DNA from: Armatimonadota bacterium
GTDB lineage: Bacteria; Sysuimicrobiota; Sysuimicrobiia; Sysuimicrobiales; Sysuimicrobiaceae
Direction of reading: 5' to 3'
Length of the DNA stretch: 64,000 nucleotides
Assembly: GCA_025059775.1 (NCBI GenBank)
Contig: JANXCW010000001.1
Location: forward strand, 221,549 to 285,548
Below the pieces are notes generated by a model, which worked only from the letters and a program-made list of their open reading frames with translations, ran no database searches and had not been told where the DNA came from. Of this stretch, positions 1 through 9,543 are shown piece after piece (position 1 is the first letter of the stretch; every line of letters starts with the position of its first letter). Position numbers and translations under genes: made by a program.

Positions 1-678
1 GTGGAACGGGACCTGGGCGGACTTGGTGAAGGCCCCCAGGAAGACCAGACCCAGGATCCAGGGATAAAGGGGGCTTGTGCGGATGCGATCCGCGTGCCGC
101 TCCAGCTCCGAGAGCTGCAGACTCCCGCCCACAGCCCCGAGGAGCACCACCCCGCCCAGCAGCCCCAGCCCTCCCACCACCGTCACCAACAGAGCCCGGA
201 GGGCTGCCTGTCGGGCCTGAGCCTCCTCGTGGTGGAACCCGATGAGGAGGAAGCTGCTGAGGGAGGTGAGCTCCCAGAAGACGTACAGGACCACGAGGTC
301 GTCCGCCAGCACCACGCCCAGCATGGCCCCCATGAAGAGCAGGAGGAAAGCGAAGAAGGCGGGTGTGCGTCGCTCGTGTGCCATGTACGGCATGGCGTAC
401 AGGATGATGAGCACGCCCACCCCCGCCACCAGTAGGCTGAACAGCACGCCCAGTCCATCGGCCCGCAGGGCGTACCACACGCCGATCCCCGGGAACCACG
501 TCAGGGAGACCTCTATCGCACGCCCCTCCGCCACCGGGGGCACAAGACTCCCCACGGAGGCCAGGGTCGCCATGGAGACCAGCAGGCTCACCCAGCCCGC
601 ACTTCTGGGCGTTGTGGCGGAGGCCATTAGTCCCCCCAGGACGGGGAGGAGCGGAATCCAGGCCAGCGCACTCTCCAT
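1..678 (-). CDS. NuoL/MrpA-family proton-translocating membrane subunit, N-terminal ~225 aa; gene continues beyond the left edge of the window
   Basis: Manual translation of the minus strand starting at the ATG whose reverse complement lies at 676-678. It reads MESALAWIPLLPVLGGLMAS...FFAFLLLFMGAMLGVVLADDLVVLYVFWELTSLSSFLLIGFHHE...PWILGLVFLGAFTKSAQVPFH. These are hallmark NuoL/MrpA(MnhA) motifs. The gene is missing from the ORF track only because it runs off the edge; there is an in-frame stop at 721-723 upstream. Confidence 0.7.
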   Translation of the reverse strand, partial: MESALAWIPLLPVLGGLMASATTPRSAGWVSLLVSMATLASVGSLVPPVAEGRAIEVSLTWFPGIGVWYALRADGLGVLFSLLVAGVGVLIILYAMPYMAHERRTPAFFAFLLLFMGAMLGVVLADDLVVLYVFWELTSLSSFLLIGFHHEEAQARQAALRALLVTVVGGLGLLGGVVLLGAVGGSLQLSELERHADRIRTSPLYPWILGLVFLGAFTKSAQVPFH

Positions 679-767
679 GGTGGGATGCTGGAAAACCACC
701 CAGCCAAAACCGCTCCCAGGCTACCCGACAGACCTCCGGGCGTCAAACCGCATGCCAAGATAGAGGT

Positions 768-2714
768 GTGAGCACCCTCTTTGTGGACCTGGGACTGCTC
801 CTGGGCGCGGCGGTGGCGGGAGGATTGGTCGCCCACCTCCTGCACGCACCGCCCGTGGTAGGGTACATCCTCGCGGGCGTCCTGGTGGGACCCGCCACTC
901 CCGGACCCACCCTCCGCGCCCCTCAGACCTTCGAGCTCTTTGCCCAGATCGGATTGATCCTGTTGCTCTTCTGTGCGGGACTGGAGTTCTCCCTTCAGGA
1001 TCTGTGGCGGGTCCGGCGGGTGGCCCTGTACGGCACGCCCCTCGGCATGGCCGCCATCGTGCTGATGGCCACGGGATTCGGCGCCCTCGTGGGTTGGCCG
1101 CTCCCTTCCCGTCTCGCGGTGGGCGTAGCCCTCAGCGTGGCGAGTTCCACGGTCCTCCTCAAGTTCCTGCAGGATCGCCACGAGCTGGGATCCTTGCACG
1201 GCCGGATCCTGATGGGCATCAGCCTCGCCCAGGATCTCATCGTGGTGCTGGTGCCCGCGATCCTCCCCGCCCTCGCCCCTGCGGGCCAGACAGGAGCGGA
1301 TCTCCTGCTCCGGGGATTCCTGCAGGCCGCGGTGGTCCTGCTGCCGCTTCTGTGGCTGGCCCGGCGCGCGGTGCCCCACCTTCTCGCCCGGATCGCCCGC
1401 ACCCGCAGCGCGGAGCTCTTCCTGCTGGCGGTGGTTGCCCTGGCGGTGGGGACCGCGGCCTTCACCGCCCATATGGGGCTCTCCCTGGCCCTGGGGGCGT
1501 TTCTGGCTGGGCTGGTGGTGAGCGAATCGGAGTTCGCATACGAGACCCTGAGCCGGGTGCTGCCGCTTCGGGACGTGTTCGTGGCCGTGTTCTTTGTCTC
1601 CATGGGGATGTTGCTGGACCCCGCGACCCTGGTGGAGCAGGCTGGGGTGATCCTGGGACTGGTGCTCCTGGTGGCCGTGGGGAACGCCCTGGTGTGGGCC
1701 GTGGTGGTGCGGGCCGCGGGCTACCCCCGCGGGATCGCGGCGGTGTGCGGGGTGGGCCTCGCGCAGATGGGGGAGTTCTCGTACCTGGTGGCGGGCACAG
1801 CCCGCGCGCAGGGCCTTCTCCCCGAGTCCCTGTACGAGGCTGTGCTCGCCGCTTCCCTCCTCACCATCCTCCTCAACGCCGCGGCCTTCCGCCACCGCCC
1901 CGGCTGGATGGAGCGGATGGTGGGGATGCACGGTGTGACCCCGAGGGTGGTGGGCCGGGGAACGGACCGCCTGACCGAACACGTGGTTCTGTGCGGATTC
2001 GGCCGGGTGGGCCGGGAGGTGGCAGACGCTTTGGACGCCTTCGGAATCCCGTACGCGGTGGTGGACCTGGACCTCGAGGCCCTCCAGGCTGCCAGGGCCC
2101 GTGGGGCACGGGCGGTGTTCGGCGAAGTCGGCAACCCTCTTGCGCTCCGGCGGGCGGGGGCGGAGCGGGCGCGGATGGCGGTGGTGGCCGTCCCCGATTT
2201 CGGGGCCGCGTACCGGTGCGTGCGGGCCCTGCGGGAGCTCAACCCGAACCTGCCCATCCTCGCCCGGGTCCACGCATCCCGCCACCGGGCCCTCCTCCTC
2301 GAAGCCGGTGCCACGGAGGTGATCCAGCCGGAGGTGGAGGCGGCCCTCACCATGGTTCGGCACAGCCTGGATCGGCTCGGCATAGATCACGAGGCGGGGA
2401 GGGCGTACCTCAAGCGGGCCAGAGCCCACTGGCCGGAGGCCCTGCGGATGGAGGGGCTCCCGGAGGGTTTGCAGGTCCGGGAGGTGGTGGTGCGCAACCC
2501 GGACTTGATCCACCGATCCCTGCGCGGGGCGCGGCTCGCGGAGCGGACGGGCGCCCTGGTTGCCGCCCTCACCCATCCGGACGGCCAGGAGATCCGCAAT
2601 CCGGGACCGGAGGAGATCCTCCAGCAAGGCGACCGACTCCTGGCCATCGGGGAACCCGCGCAACTGGACGCCCTGGAGCGGATGTGCGACGAGAATCCGC
2701 GGGAGGATTCTTAA
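768..2714 (+). CDS. Kef-type K+/H+ antiporter (CPA2 family) with C-terminal TrkA-N (NAD-binding) and TrkA-C domains
   Basis: ORF 612..2714. The N-terminus LGLLLGAAVAGGLVAHLLHAPPVVGYILAGVLVGP and a polytopic TM core match CPA2. VVLCGFGRVGREVADALDAFGIPYAVVDLD is a Rossmann TrkA-N fold. REVVVRNPDLIHRSLRGARL...GDRLLAIGEPAQLDALE is TrkA-C. Likely start is GTG 768 or 783 (the protein then begins STLFVDLGLLL). The TTG at 612 would overlap the divergent mrpA-like start. Confidence 0.8.
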   Translation: MSTLFVDLGLLLGAAVAGGLVAHLLHAPPVVGYILAGVLVGPATPGPTLRAPQTFELFAQIGLILLLFCAGLEFSLQDLWRVRRVALYGTPLGMAAIVLMATGFGALVGWPLPSRLAVGVALSVASSTVLLKFLQDRHELGSLHGRILMGISLAQDLIVVLVPAILPALAPAGQTGADLLLRGFLQAAVVLLPLLWLARRAVPHLLARIARTRSAELFLLAVVALAVGTAAFTAHMGLSLALGAFLAGLVVSESEFAYETLSRVLPLRDVFVAVFFVSMGMLLDPATLVEQAGVILGLVLLVAVGNALVWAVVVRAAGYPRGIAAVCGVGLAQMGEFSYLVAGTARAQGLLPESLYEAVLAASLLTILLNAAAFRHRPGWMERMVGMHGVTPRVVGRGTDRLTEHVVLCGFGRVGREVADALDAFGIPYAVVDLDLEALQAARARGARAVFGEVGNPLALRRAGAERARMAVVAVPDFGAAYRCVRALRELNPNLPILARVHASRHRALLLEAGATEVIQPEVEAALTMVRHSLDRLGIDHEAGRAYLKRARAHWPEALRMEGLPEGLQVREVVVRNPDLIHRSLRGARLAERTGALVAALTHPDGQEIRNPGPEEILQQGDRLLAIGEPAQLDALERMCDENPREDS

Positions 2715-2788
2715 GCACGGGTGGCGTGCGGGCCCGATCCTGTGCCAACCTGGAGGTGCCCGGAGGCGGGCCGAAAGGAGGGGGAAGG

Positions 2789-3259
2789 ATGCTGTGCCGG
2801 GAGCGGCTCCAGCGGATGCTGGAGGAGGCAGGGATTTCCTACCAGGTGATGATACACCCTGTGGCGTACACCGCGCAGGAGGTGGCGGCCCAGCTGCACG
2901 TGAGCGGCTACCAGGTGGCCAAGGTGGTGATGGCGAAGGTGGACGACCGGCTCGTGATGCTGGTCCTGCCCGCTCCGTACCGGGTGGATCTGGAGCGGCT
3001 CCGCAGGGAGATGGGAGCCGCCTCCGCCCGGCTCGCGCACGAGGAGGAGTTCGCGGAGGTGTTCCCCGACTGCGAGGTGGGGGCCATGCCGCCGTTCGGG
3101 TACCTCTACGGGATCCCCGTGTATGTGGACCGCTCCCTTACCCGGGATCCGGAGATCGTGTTCAACGCGGGCACCCACCGGGAGACCATCCGCATGCGCT
3201 ACGCAGACTACGAGCGTCTGGTGCAGCCGCAGGTGCTGGACTTCGCGGTGGGCCCGTAG
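2789..3259 (+). CDS. YbaK/ProX-family aminoacyl-tRNA deacylase domain protein
   Basis: C-terminal 156 aa of ORF 1004..3259, beginning at ATG 2789 behind AAAGGAGGGGGAAGG. The sequence MLCRERLQRMLEEAGISYQVMIHPVAYTAQEVAAQLHVSGYQVAKVVMAKVDDRLVMLVLPA...EVGAMPPFGYLYGIPVYVDRSL is typical of the YbaK/EbsC fold. The 600-aa upstream extension of the ORF is G/P/R-rich junk. Confidence 0.75.
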   Translation: MLCRERLQRMLEEAGISYQVMIHPVAYTAQEVAAQLHVSGYQVAKVVMAKVDDRLVMLVLPAPYRVDLERLRREMGAASARLAHEEEFAEVFPDCEVGAMPPFGYLYGIPVYVDRSLTRDPEIVFNAGTHRETIRMRYADYERLVQPQVLDFAVGP

Positions 3260-3442
3260 ACGTCGTCATCCCCAGACCCGTTGCGCCGCAGGCTCCAGGC
3301 TGAAAAGCGTGGATCGTCTACCGGATCGAGCAGAGAGAACAGGCGGTGGAGGTGTTCACCGGGCCACCGGCCGTGGGCGTGCGCTCACGGAGCAGGCAGA
3401 ATGGGCGCTGCCTTCTGCGCTCGCTGCTTGACCGGTGGCGCG

Positions 3443-3471
3443 TTGACGGGTCGGCTCCGCCACCCTACACT
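3443..3471 (+). promoter_or_regulatory. putative sigmaA-type promoter TTGACG-N17-TACACT upstream of the S1-domain gene
   Basis: TTGACG (3443-3448), a 17-nt spacer, then TACACT (3466-3471). The -35 lies inside the inverted repeat GGTGGCG...CGCCACC. Pattern match only. Confidence 0.35.
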
Positions 3472-3510
3472 GGTGGCACGAAGCCCTTCGATGGGGGGGC
3501 GTTTGGGGCC

Positions 3511-3903
3511 ATGGACCCTGAGCTGCGGGTTGCGGCGGAGCCCGGGCAGATCCTGGAGGGTACTGTCGCCCGGATTGCAACCTACGGTGCGTTCGTGACC
3601 CTGCCCGACGGCCGCACGGGGCTTGTGCACATCTCCGAGATCGCGGATACCTTTGTCCGGGACGTCCGGGAGTACCTGAGGGAGGGCCAGCGCGTGCGGG
3701 TGAAGGTTCTCGGCACCGATGCACGGGGCCGGCTGGATCTTTCCCTCCGACAGGCCCTCCCGCCGGAGGAACGGACGAGAGCGCAGTACCACCGCACCAC
3801 TTTCGAGGAAAAGCTGCGGGCGTTCCTGCGCGAGAGCCAGGAGCGCCTCGCGGATCTCAAGCGGAACACCAGGGCCAAGAGGGGCGGCCGGCGTCGCCGC
3901 TAG
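3511..3903 (+). CDS. S1 RNA-binding domain protein (YabR/GSP13-like)
   Basis: In-frame ATG at 3511 inside ORF 3346..3903. EGTVARIATYGAFVTLPDGRTGLVHISEIADTFVRDVREYLREGQRVRVKVLGTDARGRLDLSLRQ is a canonical S1 OB-fold, followed by a basic tail. Confidence 0.7.
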   Translation: MDPELRVAAEPGQILEGTVARIATYGAFVTLPDGRTGLVHISEIADTFVRDVREYLREGQRVRVKVLGTDARGRLDLSLRQALPPEERTRAQYHRTTFEEKLRAFLRESQERLADLKRNTRAKRGGRRRR

Positions 3904-4250
3904 ACCTCCCCGTACCCCAGCAGGGTCAGGACGCGCTCGAAGGTCTGCCAGACTACCTCGTCGCGGGCGAGGCGGCGGGAGCTCTCGCGGATGTCCGTCC
4001 GGGCCTCGAGGTCCGCGAGGGCGGCCTGCATCTCCGCGAGGGCATCCCGGATTTGCACCAGCTCCGGGCGAAAGGCCGCTTCCGGCAGGAGCGCCGCCAC
4101 CCGCTCCAGGGCTTCCCGCTCCGTCTGGCGGGCCAGCTGGTCCATCTCCGCGGCTCCCAGCTGGGTGTACGCCACCAGGCCGCGCCGTTCCGCCACCGCC
4201 TCCCCGATGATGGCTCGGATTCGGGTCAGGATCTCCTGCTCGCTGTGCAT
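3900..4250 (-). CDS. hypothetical protein, 116 aa, predicted all-helical
   Basis: ORF 3900..4403 trimmed to the Met (MHSEQEILTRIRAIIGEAVAERRGL...) that follows an AGGAGGGAGG ribosome-binding site. It is the last gene of the fad/ABC operon. No family recognised by eye. Confidence 0.4.
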   Translation of the reverse strand: MHSEQEILTRIRAIIGEAVAERRGLVAYTQLGAAEMDQLARQTEREALERVAALLPEAAFRPELVQIRDALAEMQAALADLEARTDIRESSRRLARDEVVWQTFERVLTLLGYGEV

Positions 4251-4266
4251 CCTCCCTCCTCCCCCC

Positions 4267-6096
4267 CTATCGGATCCCCCCCGGGACCGGATGGGCCTGC
4301 AACCGGTACAGCTTGGCATAGATGCCGTCCCGGGCCAGGAGCCGCGCATGGGTCCCCTCCTCCACCACGCGGCCCCTGTGCAGCACCAGGATCCGGTCCA
4401 CATGCTGGACGGTGCTTAACCGGTGCGCGATGAGGAGCACGGTGCGGTTCCGGAGAGCTCCCCGCAGGGCCTCCCGGACGAGTCCCTCGGCCTCCGTGTC
4501 CACGTTGCTCGTAGCCTCGTCCAGGACCACCAGCACCTCCGGGTTGTAGGCGAGGGCGCGGGCCAGGGCCACCAGCTGCCGCTGCCCCGCGCTGAGCCGC
4601 ACCCCTCGCTCGCCCACCTCCGTCTGATAGCCGTTCGGGAGCTGGTCGATGAACCGATCTGCGCCCACCAACCGTGCCGCGGCCTCCACCTGGGTATCCG
4701 GGATGTCCGGATTGAACAACCGGATGTTGTCCGCGATGGTGCCGCTGAAGAGGAAAGTGTCCTGCAGGACCAGCCCCACGTGCCGCCGCAGGTCCCGCTG
4801 CCGCATCCGCCGGACGTCCACCCCGTCGAGGAGCACCTGCCCCCGCTGGGGATCATAGAACCGCAGCAGGAGGTTGACGAGGGAGGTCTTGCCCGCTCCC
4901 GTATAGCCTACTACGGCCACGTGCTCCCCCGGCGCGATGCGGAAGGACACCCCGCGCAGGGCCCATCCCGCACCGTCCCCGTCCACCGGAGCCTCCCCGT
5001 ATGCGAACCACACGTCCCGGAACTCGATCTCCCCCCGCACCCGCTCGAGCAGTACAGGGCTTGGGGGGTCCTGCACCGCCACGGGCTCGTCCAGCAGCCG
5101 GAAGATGCGCTCGCTGCTGGCCATGGCCTGCTGAAGGAGGTTGAATTTGTCCGCGAGCTCCCGCACGGGCTCGAAGAAACGCTCCGCGTACTGGATCATG
5201 GCCACCAGTACTCCCAGGGTCGTCACGCCCCGGATCACCTGCCCGCCCCCGTACCAGATCAGCAGGGCCACGGCCAGGACGCCCAGGAAGTGTACCGCGG
5301 GGTAGAATCGGGCCAGGGCCGCGAGGGAGCGCAGGCTTGCGTCCAGGTAATCCCGGCTCAGGGCATCGAAGCGCCTCAAGGCCCGGTCCTCCTGGGTGAA
5401 CAGCTGGACCACGGGCATCCCGCTGATGTGCTCGTTGAGGAAGGCATTGATCCGGCCCAGCTGTGTTCGCACCGCCCGGTACGCCTCCCGAGCCTGCCCG
5501 CGGAACCGACCCGTGACCCCGTACACCAAGGGGAGCACGCAGAAGGCGACCACGGCGAGGCGGACGTCCAGCCAGAGCATGGCGGCCATGATGCCCACCA
5601 GGGTCAGCACGTCCCCGAAGGCGGCCACCAGACCTGAGGTGAGCAGCTCGTTGAGGGTCTCCACGTCGCTCGTCACCCGGGTGACGAGCCGCCCCACGGG
5701 GTTTCCCTCGTAGAAGCGCAGGGGCAGCCGCTGGAGGTGGGAGAAGAGCTCCGAACGCAATTCCGCCATGGCCCGTTGGGCCACCGTCTGCATCAGGTAG
5801 TGCTGCAGCCACCGGGCGCCGAAGCCTGCGGCCAGGGCGAGGAGGTAGAGGAGGGCGAGGGCGGAGAGGGTCCCCCGATCCACGGTACCGCGCTCCAGGG
5901 AAGGAACGATGGCCCGGTCGATGGCAATCCGGTACAGCTGCGGGCCCGCCAGCTCCAGCAGGGAGGCGAGGAGGAGGAGCACGAGCGCTGCGGCCACGGT
6001 GGTCCGGTAGGGAAGCATGTAGGCCAGCAGCCTCCGCAGGAGCCGGTGGTCGTAGGGCCGATCCAGGAGCTCCTCCTCAGCCAGCCGTCCGCTCAC
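4267..6096 (-). CDS. ABC exporter, fused permease/ATPase half-transporter (second subunit of a heterodimeric MsbA/LmrCD-like pair)
   Basis: ORF 4267..6564, trimmed to GTG (VSGRLAEEELLDRPYDHRLLRRLLAYMLPY...). This start overlaps the upstream stop as GTGA. It has a six-TM exporter domain and an NBD with Walker A GYTGAGKTS, signature LSAGQRQ and Walker B VLVVLDEATS. The 156-aa G/P-rich N-terminal extension of the ORF is spurious. Confidence 0.85.
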   Translation of the reverse strand: MSGRLAEEELLDRPYDHRLLRRLLAYMLPYRTTVAAALVLLLLASLLELAGPQLYRIAIDRAIVPSLERGTVDRGTLSALALLYLLALAAGFGARWLQHYLMQTVAQRAMAELRSELFSHLQRLPLRFYEGNPVGRLVTRVTSDVETLNELLTSGLVAAFGDVLTLVGIMAAMLWLDVRLAVVAFCVLPLVYGVTGRFRGQAREAYRAVRTQLGRINAFLNEHISGMPVVQLFTQEDRALRRFDALSRDYLDASLRSLAALARFYPAVHFLGVLAVALLIWYGGGQVIRGVTTLGVLVAMIQYAERFFEPVRELADKFNLLQQAMASSERIFRLLDEPVAVQDPPSPVLLERVRGEIEFRDVWFAYGEAPVDGDGAGWALRGVSFRIAPGEHVAVVGYTGAGKTSLVNLLLRFYDPQRGQVLLDGVDVRRMRQRDLRRHVGLVLQDTFLFSGTIADNIRLFNPDIPDTQVEAAARLVGADRFIDQLPNGYQTEVGERGVRLSAGQRQLVALARALAYNPEVLVVLDEATSNVDTEAEGLVREALRGALRNRTVLLIAHRLSTVQHVDRILVLHRGRVVEEGTHARLLARDGIYAKLYRLQAHPVPGGIR

Positions 6097-7826
6097 GGTT
6101 CCTCCGCCTCCAGAACCTGCCGCAACCGCTGCTTCTCGTAGAGCTCCACAAACATCCCCCCGCGCCGCAGCAGTTCCTCCGGAGTGCCCTGCTCCACGAT
6201 CCGGCCGCCGTCCAGGACTACGATCCGATCCGCGTCCCGAAGGGTGGAGACCCGGTGGGAGACGAGCAGGACCGTCCGCGACCGCAGCACCGGCCGCAGG
6301 GCCTGCAGGATCTCCTCCTCTGTCTGGGCGTCCACGCTGCTCAGGGCGTCGTCCAGGATCAGAATCCGGGGATCCCGGGCCAGGGCCCGGGCCAGAGCCG
6401 CCCGCTGCCTCTGGCCGCCGGAAAGGGTGACCCCTCGTTCCCCCACCGCCGTCTCGAATCCGTGGGGGAACGCGGCCACATCCTGTACCAGGCGGGCGAT
6501 CCGGGCGGCCTCCTGCACCCGTTTTCCGTCCCCGGAGTCCGCCCCGTAGGCGATGTTCTCCCACAGGGTGTCGCTGAAGAGAAACGGGTCCTGGGACACG
6601 AGTCCCACGGCTTCCCGCACGGTCCGGAGCGGCAGCCGCCGGAGGTCCACCCCGTCCAGCAGGACCTGTCCGGAGGTGGGATCCAGCAGACGCGGGATCA
6701 GGAGGAGAAGCGTAGACTTGCCCGAACCTGTGGGACCCACGATGGCCACCGTGCTCCCTGCAGGGATCCTCAGACTGATCCCCTGCAGCACGGGCCTTCC
6801 CTCATACGAGACCCACACGTCCCGGAACTCGATCTCCCCCCGCACGGTCTCCAGCCGCACGGGATCCTCCGGGTCCGCGATGGCGGGCCGGATCCGGAAG
6901 ATCTCTTCCAGGCGCTCCATGGACGCCCGACCCTGTTGCCACAGGCTCAGCACCCACCCCGTGGCGATCACGGGGAAGCTCAGGCGGGCGAGGTAGTAGG
7001 AGAACTGCACCAGCTGGCCCAGGGTGATGCGTCCCCGGATCACCTCCCCTCCCCCAATCCACAACAGGAGGACCGCGGACCCGCCCAGGAGGAAGCCTAC
7101 TGCGGGCCACAAAAGACCCTGGATGCGACTGAGCCGCACGTTCGCGTGGGCGAGCGCCTCGCTCTCCCTCCGGAAGCGCGCCACCTCCGCCTCCTCCTGG
7201 GCAAAGGCCTTCACCACCCGGATGCCGCTGAAGTTCTCCTGTGCCCGGGAGGAGAGGCGGCCATAGAGCGCCTGGACCTCCTCGAACCGCCGGCGGATCT
7301 CCCGGCCCAGGATTCCAAACAGCCCGGGGATGAGGAGGAGGACGGGGAGGGTGGAGAGGGTGAGGAAGGTGCTCATGCGCAGCATGAAGGCCACGGAGAG
7401 GGCCACCATCACCGCAGTGTGCACGGCCCGCATGAGGCCCATTCCCACAAACCGCTGCACCGCCCGGAGGTCGTTCACCGCCCGGGCCATGAGGTCTCCC
7501 GTCTGCCACCGGTGGAAGAAAGCCGGATCCATGCGCTCCAGGTGCTGGAAGAGCTCCCGGCGGAGCTCGGTCTCAATGCAGAGCGCTGCTCCGAGGATCT
7601 GCATGCGCATGGCGTAGCTGAGGGCCGCCTCCAGGAGGGCAACCGTCGCCAGGCCCACCGCGGCTTCCAGCAGGCGGCCTTCCCCCCTCTGGATCCCATC
7701 CACCGCGGCCTTGAGGATCCAGGGGGCGAGCTGCGCCATGCCGATGGAGCCCAGGGCGGCCGCGTATCCGAGGAGGTACCGGCGGCGGTGGCGGTGGAGG
7801 GCAGCCCAGAACCGGGAGCGGAACAT
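6093..7826 (-). CDS. ABC exporter, fused permease/ATPase half-transporter (first subunit)
   Basis: ORF 6093..7982 trimmed to MFRSRFWAALHRHRRRYLLGYAAALG.... Walker A GPTGSGKST, signature LSGGQRQR, Walker B ILILDDALS. Confidence 0.85.
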   Translation of the reverse strand: MFRSRFWAALHRHRRRYLLGYAAALGSIGMAQLAPWILKAAVDGIQRGEGRLLEAAVGLATVALLEAALSYAMRMQILGAALCIETELRRELFQHLERMDPAFFHRWQTGDLMARAVNDLRAVQRFVGMGLMRAVHTAVMVALSVAFMLRMSTFLTLSTLPVLLLIPGLFGILGREIRRRFEEVQALYGRLSSRAQENFSGIRVVKAFAQEEAEVARFRRESEALAHANVRLSRIQGLLWPAVGFLLGGSAVLLLWIGGGEVIRGRITLGQLVQFSYYLARLSFPVIATGWVLSLWQQGRASMERLEEIFRIRPAIADPEDPVRLETVRGEIEFRDVWVSYEGRPVLQGISLRIPAGSTVAIVGPTGSGKSTLLLLIPRLLDPTSGQVLLDGVDLRRLPLRTVREAVGLVSQDPFLFSDTLWENIAYGADSGDGKRVQEAARIARLVQDVAAFPHGFETAVGERGVTLSGGQRQRAALARALARDPRILILDDALSSVDAQTEEEILQALRPVLRSRTVLLVSHRVSTLRDADRIVVLDGGRIVEQGTPEELLRRGGMFVELYEKQRLRQVLEAEEP

Positions 7827-7839
7827 CCCCGCGGGCGCC

Positions 7840-9531
7840 TCAAGCCCCCGCGGCCCGGGCCCGCTCCTCCTCCGCGAGGACCCGGCGCAGAACCTTTCCG
7901 ATAAGGCTCTTCGGGAGCTGGTCCCGGAACTCCACCATCCGGGGGACCTTGTAGGGCGCGAGTTCCCGTCGGCAGTGAGCAATCAGCTCCTCCGGGCTCA
8001 CCTGCATCCCCGGCCGGAGGACCAAGAAGGCCTTCACCACTTCTCCCCGTTCCGGGTCCGGTACGGGGATCGCGGCAGCCTCCTGCACCGCGGGGTGGCG
8101 ATACAGGACCTCTTCCACCTCCCGCGGGTACACCTTGAGCCCGCCCACGTTGATCATCTCCTTCTTGCGGTCCACGATATAGAAGAAGCCATCCGCATCC
8201 CGCCACGCCATATCGCCCGTAAACAACCACCCTTCCCGCAGGGCCGCCGCGGTCTCCTCCGGTCGGTTGAGGTAGCCCCGCATCACCTGCGGCCCCCGCA
8301 CCACGAGCTCCCCCACCTCCCCCGGCGGCACTTCCTCCCCGGTCTCCGGGTCCACGACCCGGGCATCCGTGTCCGGCAGCGGCACCCCGATGCTGCCGGG
8401 CCTGCGATGGCCGAGGATGGGATTGCAGTGGGTGACGGGCGAGGCTTCCGTGAGCCCGTAGCCCTCCACCAGCCTGCCGCCCGTGGCCTCCTCCCACCGC
8501 CGCTGCACCTCCTGGGGCAAGGCCATGGCCCCGCTGATGCACACCCGGATGCTGCGCAGGTCGTACCTCGCAAGCTCGGGGTTGCCGAGCAGGGCCATGT
8601 ACATGGTGGGGACTCCGTGGAACATGGTGGGCCGGTATCTGCGGATGGCCTCCAGCACCATCCGGGGCTCCCACCGAGGGAGTAGGATCACCGTCACCCC
8701 GCTCCAGATCCCATAGTTCATCACCGCGGTCATCCCGTAGCTGTGAAAGAAGGGAATCACCGCCAGGGCCCGCTCCTCCCCGGGACGGAAGTCGCTGTTC
8801 CACGCCGCGGTCTGGAGGCAGTTACAGACGAGGTTCCGGTGGGTCAGCACCGCGGCTTTAGGCGTTCCCGTGGTCCCGCCGGTGTACAGGTACACCGCGG
8901 GGTCGTCGGGAGCCACCTCCACAGGCCGCGGGGCTCCATCCCGCACCAGTTCCCCAAACGGCCGGACCCCTGCCTTCCGCGGGACCTCCACCCACTGCCC
9001 CTCCCGTCGGGCCTTGAGGGGATACAGCAGGCGAAGCAGCGGGGGCATGTACTCGTGAATCCCCGTGTACACGATCTCCCGCACGCGGCTTGTGCGGGAT
9101 GCGGCCGCCACCCTGGGGTACATCAGGGAGAGGGTGATGGCCACCTCCGCCCCGCTATCCTGAAGCTGATGGGCGATCTCCCGCTCTGTGTAGAGGGGGT
9201 TGTGGGGAACCACCACCCCGCCCGCCTTGAGGATCCCGTAGTAGGCGATCACGAATTGGGGGCAGTTGGGAAGATGCAAGGAGACGGGGGTTCCCTTGTG
9301 CACTCCAAGCCGCTGGAGGCCCGCGGCGAACCGATCCGTGAGGACATCGAGCTCCCGAAAGGAGATGCGCCGGCCGAAGAACACCAAAGCGGTGCGGTCC
9401 CCGTACTTCCGCGCCGCCTCCCGCAGCAGCGCCCCGAGCGGGAGATCCGGATACCCTAGGGTGGCCGGAACCCCGGGATCGTAGAACCGGATCCAAGGCC
9501 GTTCAAACCCCGCCTCCGCCTGAACCGCCAT
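7840..9531 (-). CDS. fadD: long-chain fatty acid--CoA ligase
   Basis: ORF 7840..9531. AMP-binding motif YLYTGGTTGTPKAAVLTHRN, plus GYGLTE and the C-terminal GWLFTGDMAWRDADGFFYIVDRKKEMINVGG. Confidence 0.9.
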   Translation of the reverse strand: MAVQAEAGFERPWIRFYDPGVPATLGYPDLPLGALLREAARKYGDRTALVFFGRRISFRELDVLTDRFAAGLQRLGVHKGTPVSLHLPNCPQFVIAYYGILKAGGVVVPHNPLYTEREIAHQLQDSGAEVAITLSLMYPRVAAASRTSRVREIVYTGIHEYMPPLLRLLYPLKARREGQWVEVPRKAGVRPFGELVRDGAPRPVEVAPDDPAVYLYTGGTTGTPKAAVLTHRNLVCNCLQTAAWNSDFRPGEERALAVIPFFHSYGMTAVMNYGIWSGVTVILLPRWEPRMVLEAIRRYRPTMFHGVPTMYMALLGNPELARYDLRSIRVCISGAMALPQEVQRRWEEATGGRLVEGYGLTEASPVTHCNPILGHRRPGSIGVPLPDTDARVVDPETGEEVPPGEVGELVVRGPQVMRGYLNRPEETAAALREGWLFTGDMAWRDADGFFYIVDRKKEMINVGGLKVYPREVEEVLYRHPAVQEAAAIPVPDPERGEVVKAFLVLRPGMQVSPEELIAHCRRELAPYKVPRMVEFRDQLPKSLIGKVLRRVLAEEERARAAGA

Positions 9532-9543
9532 CCCCTCACCCCC

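Noticed and set aside
1004-2788. Large ORFs with G/P/R/A-rich low-complexity translations that overlap real genes in other frames or on the opposite strand. Examples: 1004..3259 + N-terminal 600 aa, 627..2663 -, 13324..15051 -, 14933..16924 +, 39165..41297 +, 43738..46146 +, 47212..48753 +, 51711..52922 +.
   Set aside because: These are typical spurious open frames of a ~70% GC genome. They have no domain-like sequence, are Arg/Pro/Gly-biased, and every one is shadowed by a well-supported gene.
4267-6564. Long N-terminal extensions given by the ORF track for many genes. Examples: ABC exporter 765 aa, thiolase 524 aa, fadN 821 aa, cheB 588 aa, fliA 368 aa, flgC 268 aa, cheW 339 aa, CpaB-like 486 aa.
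   Set aside because: The extensions are low-complexity and lack homology. Conserved N-termini, internal ATG/GTG starts with GGAGG-type ribosome-binding sites, and GTGA/ATGA overlaps with upstream stops all indicate shorter genes. The CDSs were trimmed accordingly.
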